Shown here: one piece after another, positions 9,518-17,335 of the stretch
Numbering within the stretch: the first letter of the stretch is position 1
How the letters are laid out: each line of letters starts with the position of its first letter
Assembly (NCBI GenBank): GCA_034006915.1
Contig: JAVERW010000004.1
Span: 8,458-72,457 of the forward strand
Reading direction: 5' to 3'
Origin: Desulfuromonadaceae bacterium
Lineage (GTDB): Bacteria; Desulfobacterota; Desulfuromonadia; Desulfuromonadales; Desulfuromonadaceae
Length of the DNA: 64,000 nucleotides
Program-made: the position numbers and the translations under genes
Notes under the pieces: generated by a model
The model's database searches: none
What the model was told of the DNA's origin: nothing
What the model saw: only the letters and a program-made list of their open reading frames with translations

Positions 9518-10180
9518 ATGCTCACAATGATACACGGAGATAAGGGCGGCGTAGGCAAGTCCATGGTGGCGCAGGTACTGCTGGATTATCGGATCGCAAG
9601 CAGTCAGGAACAAAGCACAATTCTGGTGGAATCTGATACCAGAAATCCGGACGTTTCCAGGCTGTTTGGCAAATATATCCAGGTTGAGGAAATCAACCTA
9701 AAAAGCCACGACGGGTGGATGGAACTGGCAGATCTGCTGGAGCAGAATCGCGACAAAAATGTGGTTGTTTCCCTTCCGGCCGGGGTTGGCAATCACATAG
9801 AAACCGAAGGGCAGTATCTGTCTGATTTGCTCGCAGATCTGGGGCATGAATTGAAGGTGTACTGGCCGATCAACCGTAACAAGGATTCAATAATTCTCCT
9901 GAAAGAATTTATGGAATCGCCCCTGGGCCAGAGAGCAGATCTTACTGTCGTATTGAACGGATTCTTCGGTAAGCAGGAGCAGTTTCAGCTCTGGAACAAA
10001 AGCAATACCCGCCAGCAACTTCTGGAACAATATAACGGCAGGGAGGTGTTTCTCCCCGAATTGCATCACCGGGTCGTGGATGTGATCCGCGAGCCGTATA
10101 CCATGTGCAAGGGCTTGCAATATTCCGTGCGCGTCGAGCTGGAGCGCTGGCTACGCAGGGCTTATCAGATTGTGTATTGA
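9518..10180 (+). CDS. ParA/MinD-like P-loop ATPase (plasmid StbB/TraL-like position)
   Basis: Start at ATG 9518 after GGAG. Deviant Walker A in MIHGDKGGVGKSMVAQ. Confidence 0.65.
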   Translation: MLTMIHGDKGGVGKSMVAQVLLDYRIASSQEQSTILVESDTRNPDVSRLFGKYIQVEEINLKSHDGWMELADLLEQNRDKNVVVSLPAGVGNHIETEGQYLSDLLADLGHELKVYWPINRNKDSIILLKEFMESPLGQRADLTVVLNGFFGKQEQFQLWNKSNTRQQLLEQYNGREVFLPELHHRVVDVIREPYTMCKGLQYSVRVELERWLRRAYQIVY

Positions 10181-10213
10181 GGAATGAGTTTTGGCTGTGA
10201 AACAGGAGGATAT

Positions 10214-10816
10214 ATGAGTAATCATGCAGTTGGATCAAGCAGGCAGGCAGAGATCGACATCTTCGACGAGCTTGATGATGTCGATTTTGAAGAAGAATAC
10301 GTGGATGAAACAGCGTACGTAGAAAACCATGCTTACATGTACAATAGCAATACCAGGACCCCGCTGCAAAAATTTGAAGACTGGATGGGGCGGGAACCAA
10401 CTGCCCAGGAGCGGGAGGTGTTCCACGATCTGCAGCGCAATTTTGACCTTGAAGATGATGATACTCTGTGGGTGATACTGGTGGGACTGGAGTACTATTT
10501 GACTTTGTACAAAGAGATTCCCGAACGCATCAGTGATCAGATATCAACAAATATCGCGGAGACTATTAGCAAGGTAAAAAAACTTGCAGAATCGGAAACC
10601 GATTCATTATTCGTCCACGCCCAAAACATATATCTGGATCTGGATAATTATCATCACAAACTGAAGATCAATGCCCAGAGATCGATTCGGAAAAGCGTTC
10701 AGGAGGAGATCCTGAGGTTGAGAAAAGAGTATCGCCGAAACTGCGTATCCTATATTGCAGTCGGTACGCTGTTCTTCACCATCGCCTGGGCAGGAGTTAA
10801 AGCAGGGTTGCTGTAA
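10214..10816 (+). CDS. hypothetical protein with very acidic N-terminus and C-terminal TM helix
   Basis: ATG 10214 after AGGAGG. Acidic run EIDIFDELDDVDFEEEYVDETAYVE. C-terminal hydrophobic segment YIAVGTLFFTIAWAGVKAGLL. Confidence 0.45.
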   Translation: MSNHAVGSSRQAEIDIFDELDDVDFEEEYVDETAYVENHAYMYNSNTRTPLQKFEDWMGREPTAQEREVFHDLQRNFDLEDDDTLWVILVGLEYYLTLYKEIPERISDQISTNIAETISKVKKLAESETDSLFVHAQNIYLDLDNYHHKLKINAQRSIRKSVQEEILRLRKEYRRNCVSYIAVGTLFFTIAWAGVKAGLL

Positions 10817-10846
10817 TGGTATTCAAAGGAGTATCACTTTAGAGCT

Positions 10847-11653
10847 ATGGCTATCTATTTCACCGCCGATGAGCATTTCGGCCATACAAAAATCATGCAG
10901 TATTGCAAGCGCCCCTTCGATTCCATCGAAGAGATGGACCAGACAATCATCGAGCGCCACAATGCCGTGGTACGCCCGAAAGATACCGTGTATCACTTAG
11001 GGGACTTTTCGTTCTGGAACCACGGAAAATACCTAAGCCGGCTCAAGGGCAAGCATATCCTCATCCTGGGTAACCACGACCGCCTTAAAAACACCAAGGA
11101 GGGTTGGCTGGAAGTCCATCAGGTAATGCGCCTAAAATGGCAGGGCAAGGTTCTGTGGCTCAGCCACTATCCCCATCTCGTATGGCCGCAGAGCCATTAT
11201 GGAAGTTGGCACTTGTTCGGGCATGTGCATGGTTCCATGCAAGGGGTAGGGCTGAGCATGGATGTAGGCGTGGATGCCAACGACTACAGACCCGTGAGCA
11301 TCGAGAAAGTTGCAGAGGTTATGAACCAGCGCGGAGCAACCGCGCAACAATTAAAAGATGCCGTTGACAAAGAATCTCTCAAGCCCTACGCGAAGAAATA
11401 TATCTGGTGGAAAACACCGGAAGAAGCGGTGGAGTACCCGCAGCGCGTAATAGCGCAGGTGATGAATATTGGTACTTTTGAGGATACCCAGGAGCTTGCC
11501 GACCTTGTGGGTAATGATGTGTTGCGCATGGTCATAGAACAAGCCGAGGTCGGACAATTCAATGGGACTTCCTGGTCTTATTGGCATTACCGCCTTGAAC
11601 TGTGCGAGATAGACCAGGTGCCGCCATTGCCTGAACGCAGAGGGTTAAGATGA
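10847..11653 (+). CDS. calcineurin-like metallophosphoesterase with C-terminal unnamed WWKTPEEA domain
   Basis: Motifs FTADEHFGH, HLGDF, LGNHD, GHVHG. The C-terminal ~85 aa (YAKKYIWWKTPEEAVEYPQRV...WSYWHYRL) recurs as ORF 16750-17058. Stop overlaps the next start (ATGA 11650-11653). Confidence 0.8.
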   Translation: MAIYFTADEHFGHTKIMQYCKRPFDSIEEMDQTIIERHNAVVRPKDTVYHLGDFSFWNHGKYLSRLKGKHILILGNHDRLKNTKEGWLEVHQVMRLKWQGKVLWLSHYPHLVWPQSHYGSWHLFGHVHGSMQGVGLSMDVGVDANDYRPVSIEKVAEVMNQRGATAQQLKDAVDKESLKPYAKKYIWWKTPEEAVEYPQRVIAQVMNIGTFEDTQELADLVGNDVLRMVIEQAEVGQFNGTSWSYWHYRLELCEIDQVPPLPERRGLR

Positions 11654-12402
11654 AACCAAAACATTTGAGTGACGCAGAACTAATAGAAGCAATTGAACAG
11701 CTTCTACATTCAGGCGGTAGCGCCTCAGAAGAAGAAATCAAGGAAAATGCCCTTGCCTACATCAAAGGTCAGAAGCATTTACTACCCGCAAGATTTTTTG
11801 TGCGGCAAAATCTGGACAAAAAAGCTTTTTTCATGGCAGGAGGCCCGGGTGCCGGCAAAAGTGAAACCGCAGTAAATATTGGCAGGGTGGAGAGAGTGGA
11901 TATTATTGGTACAGACGCGTTGAGAAAAATTTGTCCATTCTACAGCGGTGCAAACTCAAACCTGTTCCAAGGAGCTGCATCAAAGGGAGTGTCATACCTT
12001 CTTGATTTCGCCTTCAAGAATAAAGTGTCTTTCATTTTGGATGGCAACTTTTCTGACTACCGCCTGCAAAAAGAAAACGTCTCAAGAGCTGCCAGTTGTG
12101 GCTATAACATAGAGATCCTGTTTGTCCACAGAGATAAGCAAGTTGCCAGAGATTACACCCTTGCTCGTGAAAGAATCGAAGGCCGCGTAGTACCTGAAGA
12201 TGTGTTTGAGGCAAAACTTAAAGGGGCAATAAAAACAACAATGCGAATATTGGATGAATTCCCGGACATTGCTTTTCGCTTTTTCGACCTGGAATCAAGG
12301 CAAATCCTGAGAGGCGAAAAAGCGATACAGAAACTTCATTGCCTATCTGAGCAGAAGCCAGTACCTGAACGTAGAGTTTGGCCTGGAGGTGACAACCAAT
12401 GA
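11650..12402 (+). CDS. zeta-toxin-family P-loop kinase
   Basis: Walker A FFMAGGPGAGKSETA. Overall layout fits the zeta toxin/AAA_33 kinase family. ATGA overlaps with both neighbours. Confidence 0.7.
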   Translation: MKPKHLSDAELIEAIEQLLHSGGSASEEEIKENALAYIKGQKHLLPARFFVRQNLDKKAFFMAGGPGAGKSETAVNIGRVERVDIIGTDALRKICPFYSGANSNLFQGAASKGVSYLLDFAFKNKVSFILDGNFSDYRLQKENVSRAASCGYNIEILFVHRDKQVARDYTLARERIEGRVVPEDVFEAKLKGAIKTTMRILDEFPDIAFRFFDLESRQILRGEKAIQKLHCLSEQKPVPERRVWPGGDNQ

Positions 12403-13034
12403 AACCGAAAAGAATAATTCTTGTGCGCCACGGAGAGTCACAGGCTAACGCTGATCCGGACCATCACGAGTTTACCCCCGATTATGCTATGCACTTAACC
12501 GAGACAGGCAGGCAGCAGGCGCACATGACCGGGAAAACCATCCTTGATCTGGTAGGTAACGAAAGCGTGCGTGCCTATGTATCCCCCTGGTACCGCACCA
12601 GGCAGACCTTTGAGGAAATAGAGGATGTGCTCGGCGAACGTGTAGTCAGAACTCTGGAAGATCCCCGCATTAGAGAACAGGAGTGGGGACATCTGCGTAG
12701 CGCCGATGAAACACACGCGCTATCCAAAGAGCGGATTGCCTATAGCCCGTTTTACTACCGTCTACCCGATGGAGAATCAGGCGCGGATGTATATGATCGG
12801 GTCAGCACTTTTATGGAAACCCTGCACCGTGATTTTGAAAAAGAGGATTTCCCGGATAATGCACTGATTGTCACCCATGGCATGACCTTGAGGATCTTCC
12901 TTATGCGCTGGTTCCATTGGACCGTTGAGTATTTTGAGCGGGTGCAGAACCCCGGAAATGCTGAAGTGATTGTGATGGAGAGAGACCACCAGGGGCAATA
13001 CGAGGTGACTACACCCCTTCGATTGCGTGACTGA
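12399..13034 (+). CDS. histidine phosphatase superfamily protein (phosphoglycerate-mutase-like)
   Basis: IILVRHGESQAN (RHG catalytic motif) and a downstream THG (IVTHGMTL) motif. Confidence 0.8.
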   Translation: MKPKRIILVRHGESQANADPDHHEFTPDYAMHLTETGRQQAHMTGKTILDLVGNESVRAYVSPWYRTRQTFEEIEDVLGERVVRTLEDPRIREQEWGHLRSADETHALSKERIAYSPFYYRLPDGESGADVYDRVSTFMETLHRDFEKEDFPDNALIVTHGMTLRIFLMRWFHWTVEYFERVQNPGNAEVIVMERDHQGQYEVTTPLRLRD

Positions 13035-13137
13035 ATACATGTGTAATAACAGTGCCTTGACATAATAAACTAGAAACCTAAAACACGATAAACTAGTAAA
13101 TCTTTTCTCATCGTTCTATCAGCAGAAGGCTAGAAAC

Positions 13138-13956
13138 ATGAAAATCCTCCCCTATGCAGACCTGCACATAGAGTTCAGTGCCTCACTGGATACCGCCACG
13201 CCAACCACCCTCGAAGAACAGAACGCCATGAGTGCCGCCGGCCGCCAGGCCGATGTGGTTATCCTTGCCGGGGATACCTATACCAAAGGCCGGGGACCCG
13301 AAATTGCCTCTAAGATGTTCCCCGGCAAACAGGTTGTGATGGTGGCCGGGAATCACGAATATTACGGCCAGGGATACCCGGTACATACCTCCAGACTCAA
13401 ACACAAGGCAGAGGAACATGGCATCCACTTTCTGGAAAACCAGGCCGTTGAGATAGACGATGTGGTGTTCCTCGGCTGTTCTCTATGGACTGACTGCAAA
13501 CTCTGGGAAAGCGGCCCATATAAAGGACTATACGGATTCAAGGAAACCGTTGCCGATGTGTACAGTGCCATGAACGACTACCGCAAGATCTACTATAAAG
13601 ACCGGTTCGACAAAAGAGAGCTGGTACCGCAGGACTTTATCAAGGTTCATCTGGATTCAGTAAGGTGGCTGCGCGAGCAGTTCGAGAAATATCAGGAGCG
13701 CAAGGTGGTTGTGGTAACGCACCATGCCCCATCTATCCGCTCCGTTGCCGACACCTACCAGCAGAGCGTGTATTCAGCCGCGTATGCCTCACACTTAGAT
13801 GATCTGGTAGCAGAGTCGGGCGCAGCACTATGGATTCATGGACATTCGCATGGATTCTTCGACTATCACATAGGTAATACGCGGGTGGTCTGCAACTCCA
13901 GGGGCTACCCGTTTGAAACCACCGGATTCAAGACCGATATGCTGATTGAGGTATGA
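13138..13956 (+). CDS. calcineurin-like metallophosphoesterase (second copy, different subfamily)
   Basis: Motifs YADLHIEF, LAGDTY, AGNHEYY, VTHHAP, HGHSH. Confidence 0.8.
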   Translation: MKILPYADLHIEFSASLDTATPTTLEEQNAMSAAGRQADVVILAGDTYTKGRGPEIASKMFPGKQVVMVAGNHEYYGQGYPVHTSRLKHKAEEHGIHFLENQAVEIDDVVFLGCSLWTDCKLWESGPYKGLYGFKETVADVYSAMNDYRKIYYKDRFDKRELVPQDFIKVHLDSVRWLREQFEKYQERKVVVVTHHAPSIRSVADTYQQSVYSAAYASHLDDLVAESGAALWIHGHSHGFFDYHIGNTRVVCNSRGYPFETTGFKTDMLIEV

Positions 13957-14276
13957 GCGGAAAAGAAAGTAAACATCCCATGGACAAAGGGGAAATAAAG
14001 GAAATCCTCGCTGCCGATATGGCGTATTTGTCCAGGGAATACGGGGTTGAGAGGATAGGGCTGTTCGGTTCCTACGTCCGGAATGAGCAACGCCCGGATA
14101 GTGACATTGATTTGCTGGTGGAGTTTGCCAGCAACAGACCGATTGGCTTGTTCCGATTCGTTCATCTCAAAAACCATCTATCCGATTTACTCGGCACTAA
14201 AGTGGATCTGGTAACACCTGCAGCACTAAAGCCGATTATCGGGGAGCAGATTCTAAACGAAGTTGAGTATATATGA
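13953..14276 (+). CDS. MNT-type nucleotidyltransferase (NTP_transf_2, MntA-like)
   Basis: GLFGSYVRNEQRPDSDIDLLVEF (GS...DxD). ATGA overlap with the upstream phosphoesterase. No HEPN gene follows. Confidence 0.8.
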   Translation: MSGKESKHPMDKGEIKEILAADMAYLSREYGVERIGLFGSYVRNEQRPDSDIDLLVEFASNRPIGLFRFVHLKNHLSDLLGTKVDLVTPAALKPIIGEQILNEVEYI

Positions 14277-14403
14277 CCTGGAGCCGGAACCAGTTAATGT
14301 AAAATAAAATTTGCAGATTTAGACTTTTAGGAAAATTCATTTTACGTTATGCTGAATCCGAAAAGCAGACTGCGACCCTGAAAAGCTCCGGAGTATTCAA
14401 AGC

Positions 14404-15447
14404 ATGAAAATAAAACGGGTATTATTTGATCCCCACGAAAGGGAGGTAAACGCGCTCGGGAAAAGAATCAAGGAGGCCCGTTTACGCCGGCGTTTCTCCA
14501 TGAAAAGGGTGTGTGAAAACGCAGGAATCTCCCGACCCACCCTGAGCAAGATTGAGAATCCGAATGGGGACGCCTCGGTGTGTTTCGGGCACCTGGTTGA
14601 GGTCCTGCGCGTTTTAGGTCTGGCATCCGACCTGTCCCTGATTGCCAAAGAAGATAAGCTGGGCAGGAGTATTCAGGACAATGCCCTGCATCAAGCCAAA
14701 CGAGCGCCCCGCAAGAAGAACAAACACGTGCGACTCATAGCCATTGGCGACATCCACGGGCACAGAGAAAAGCTTGATAATCTCCTGCACCAGATACAGC
14801 CGCGCGAAGAGGACAGGTTCGTCTTTTTAGGCGACTACATAGATAGAGGTCCGGATAGCAGAGGCGTGATAGAGGATCTGATAGACTTCAGGCTTTTATA
14901 CCCCAAAACAATATTCCTGCGCGGCAACCACGAACAGCTCTTGATCGACACCCTGATCAGCTGCCGGGTCATTGAAGGAACACCACTTCACAAAATATCA
15001 CCAGAGTGGAGAAAGGACGTAAAATATGAAACCGATGCCATGCTGTTTGTGAAAAATGGTGGTGACAAAACCCTGAAAAACTACGATGCAGAGGTTGTCA
15101 GGGATGGCTTTAAACATACCCTGATCGGCACGTTACCCCAAAGTCACATAGATTTTTTGACAGACACAAAACTCTATTATGAATACGGGGATTTTCTTTT
15201 TGTCCACGCCAACACAGACCCCCTCAACCCCCTGGAAGAGAACGACCCTTTTGCATTTCTGTGGGATCGTCCCACTCAATACCGGGAAGGGAAAACCCTG
15301 ATTGCCGGACACACGCCAACCGAAGAAGGTTATACCCCGGATATTTCTTCGGGAGTTATAAGACTCGACACCGGTGCTGCCTATGGCGGACCCCTGAGCG
15401 CCATGGATATATTCTCGGGGCAGATGTGGCGCTCACAAAAGGGTTAA
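14404..15447 (+). CDS. XRE-family HTH fused to PPP-family Ser/Thr (PrpA/ApaH/lambda-like) phosphatase
   Basis: N-terminus LGKRIKEARLRRRFSMKRVCENAGISRPTLSKIEN (HTH_3-like). Then GDIHGH, GDYIDRGPDS and RGNHEQ PPP motifs. Confidence 0.8.
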   Translation: MKIKRVLFDPHEREVNALGKRIKEARLRRRFSMKRVCENAGISRPTLSKIENPNGDASVCFGHLVEVLRVLGLASDLSLIAKEDKLGRSIQDNALHQAKRAPRKKNKHVRLIAIGDIHGHREKLDNLLHQIQPREEDRFVFLGDYIDRGPDSRGVIEDLIDFRLLYPKTIFLRGNHEQLLIDTLISCRVIEGTPLHKISPEWRKDVKYETDAMLFVKNGGDKTLKNYDAEVVRDGFKHTLIGTLPQSHIDFLTDTKLYYEYGDFLFVHANTDPLNPLEENDPFAFLWDRPTQYREGKTLIAGHTPTEEGYTPDISSGVIRLDTGAAYGGPLSAMDIFSGQMWRSQKG

Positions 15448-15469
15448 ATGATCTTCTTTCCCCTTGTCC

Positions 15470-16201
15470 ATGAATCAAAGGGACACCGCCATGCGACTCA
15501 TAGCAATAGGTGACATCCACGGCCACAACGACAAACTGAAGTCCATCCTGGAGCAGATAGATCCGCAGCAGTCAGACCAGTTCGTTTTTCTGGGCGACTA
15601 TATAGATCGTGGGCCGGACAGCAAGGGCGTGATTGATACCCTCATTGAATTTAAGGCTGAATTTGGGCGTAGCGTATTACTGCGCGGAAATCACGAGCAA
15701 CTCATGCTCGATGCTCTGGAAGAGCACTGTCCACAGTACTTCCCTGAAGGTTTTCAACCCACCTGGAATCCCTCGGAGAGTGGCATATATAGGAATTGGG
15801 GCAACTTCGAGCTTTGGGCTCAGAACGGCGGCTGGAAGTGTCTTGAAAGCTACGGGGTCAAAAGAGAAGAACTGACCAATCTGCCTGGCTGCTGGGACTT
15901 CGTACCTTCCGAGCATATTGCCTTTATTGCGCAGACCGAACTTTATTACCGCCAGGGAGGTTTCCTGTTTGTCCATGCCGGAGCAGTTGAAACCCTGCCC
16001 CTCGATGAACAGATGGAAACGATTTTGTGGGAACGCCACGCTCCACCGGGGATAAACGAGATCCATGTTGTAGGTCATGAGCCCTGTCCCGACTCAGAAC
16101 CATACTTTGAAGAGATGCGCTACAATCTGGATACCGGAGCAGGGTATAACAGAAAACTCACTGCTTGCGATGTGCTTACGAAGAGATATTGGCAGGCATG
16201 A
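15470..16201 (+). CDS. PPP-family Ser/Thr phosphatase (paralog of the catalytic half of 14404-15447)
   Basis: ATG 15470 preferred over TTG 15464. Motifs IGDIHGH, LGDYIDRGPDS, LRGNHEQ, VGHEP. Confidence 0.8.
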   Translation: MNQRDTAMRLIAIGDIHGHNDKLKSILEQIDPQQSDQFVFLGDYIDRGPDSKGVIDTLIEFKAEFGRSVLLRGNHEQLMLDALEEHCPQYFPEGFQPTWNPSESGIYRNWGNFELWAQNGGWKCLESYGVKREELTNLPGCWDFVPSEHIAFIAQTELYYRQGGFLFVHAGAVETLPLDEQMETILWERHAPPGINEIHVVGHEPCPDSEPYFEEMRYNLDTGAGYNRKLTACDVLTKRYWQA

Positions 16202-16753
16202 AACAGGTTGAGAACCTTAGAGAATATATACTGTCCGGGCAGAATGTGGTTCTGTATGGAGAGAAGAGCGCAGAGAAAACGACTCTGGTGTCTGAGGCCC
16301 TTCGCCTCGTTTCGGATAGCCACGATGCGGTAGTTGTTGATCTCAGCAATGTACGGAAAGGCGATGAAGTTGTTTCCAGGATTTCAGGAGCCTTGAAACG
16401 CATCCCTGTGAGAAAGCGCCCCAAAGAGGCTGTGCGGCGCTTTTTTCTTTTTTCGTATGCTTTTGCCTGCCGGAGCAAAGCAGGATTGGCAGGATTCGAT
16501 GTATGAGGTATTCGCCCACATCGAAAGGGCACACCAGGAAAGCCCCCTGGTTGTTTTCCTTGACGAGTTCCAGGATGTGCTTAACTGTCAGGACAGCGAC
16601 CGCCTGCTTGCCCTGTTGAGATCCTACATCCAGCATCAGCCTGACATCCCCTATCTCTTTGCCGGAAGCACCAGGCACCAGATGTATGACATTTTTATAG
16701 GTTACAGCAGCCCCTTCTTCAAGTCTGTACTTCCGATGGATTCAGAGCTATGA
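16198..16753 (+). pseudogene. frameshifted and truncated AAA/Arch-type ATPase
   Basis: Frame 1 gives MKQVENLREYILSGQNVVLYGEKSAEKTTL, a degenerate Walker A. After the T-rich run at 16441-16453, frame 2 continues with a Walker B-like VVFLDEFQDV. The product is far shorter than intact family members. Confidence 0.5.
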
Positions 16754-17058
16754 CATGTATTTCAAAGGTAGACCCTGATTTTCTCAAGCACTACGCGAAG
16801 AAATATATGTGGTGGAAAACACCGGAAGAGGCAGTAGAATTCCCACGGCGTGTAATCTCGCAGGAGATGAACCTGGGCGTGCGGGAAGATATGGAGTCAT
16901 TGGCCGCAGCCGTAGGTGATGACGTTCTGCGCGAGGCAATATCAGAAGCCGAGATTGGCGAGTTTGATGAACGCCAATGGCACTACTGGCATATTCGCCT
17001 GAGGCTGTGTAGAAGAGATGAAGAACCGCCTCCCATGCCCGTGCGCCGGGTGGAATAG
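16750..17058 (+). CDS. stand-alone copy of the WWKTPEEA...YWH domain
   Basis: 102 aa. HYAKKYMWWKTPEEAVEFPRRVISQEMNLG...QWHYWHIRLRL aligns along its length with the C-terminus of ORF 10847-11653. Confidence 0.5.
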   Translation: MTCISKVDPDFLKHYAKKYMWWKTPEEAVEFPRRVISQEMNLGVREDMESLAAAVGDDVLREAISEAEIGEFDERQWHYWHIRLRLCRRDEEPPPMPVRRVE

Positions 17059-17060
17059 CC

Positions 17061-17335
17061 CTGCAGCTACCCGAGATATTAAAATATGAAAAGCGAAACC
17101 TTCTACCCGGAGATATTGATTTCAGCAAGAGCCTTATCAGAGCCTACCTAAATGTTACGCAGTCATTTGCCGCTGTAGCAGATCTGCTCCAGAAGGACGA
17201 GAAGAGTATTTGGCGCATGCTCAGTCCCAGCGGGAATCAGAGTCTGAAAAACTTTATTACCATTCTTTAAATGTGTAGAGTCGAAGAACATCTTAAGCTG
17301 AAGGTTCTCTATCGTTATTAAACTCATACCAACAG
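17061..17335 (+). pseudogene. remnant of an addiction-module antidote (HigA-family HTH) gene
   Basis: Frame 3 reads ...DIDFSKSLIRAYLNVTQSFAAVADLLQKDEKSIWRMLSPSGNQSLKNFITIL*, resembling the ...AYL...IA..tG.sR.slYr.LS..GNP....i..iL.. pattern. There is no canonical start. A trailing HLKLKV lies in another frame. Confidence 0.25.

Larger units (their letters stand above)
4623..17058. mobile_element. conjugative or mobilisable element module (relaxase, putative oriT, leading-region-like array); no T4SS or coupling protein in window
   Basis: Contains a MOBF relaxase divergent from a co-directional accessory gene array, and decayed genes at the right edge (16198-17335). Boundaries are not defined by repeats that I could find. 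Confidence 0.4.

Noticed and set aside
13040-13137. Direct repeats ATAAACTAG(A/T)AA (two copies) plus CTAGAAAC upstream of the second phosphoesterase, as iterons
   Set aside because: They are short and AT-rich with only two to three copies, so they could arise by chance. They are noted as a possible operator but are not strong enough to call.
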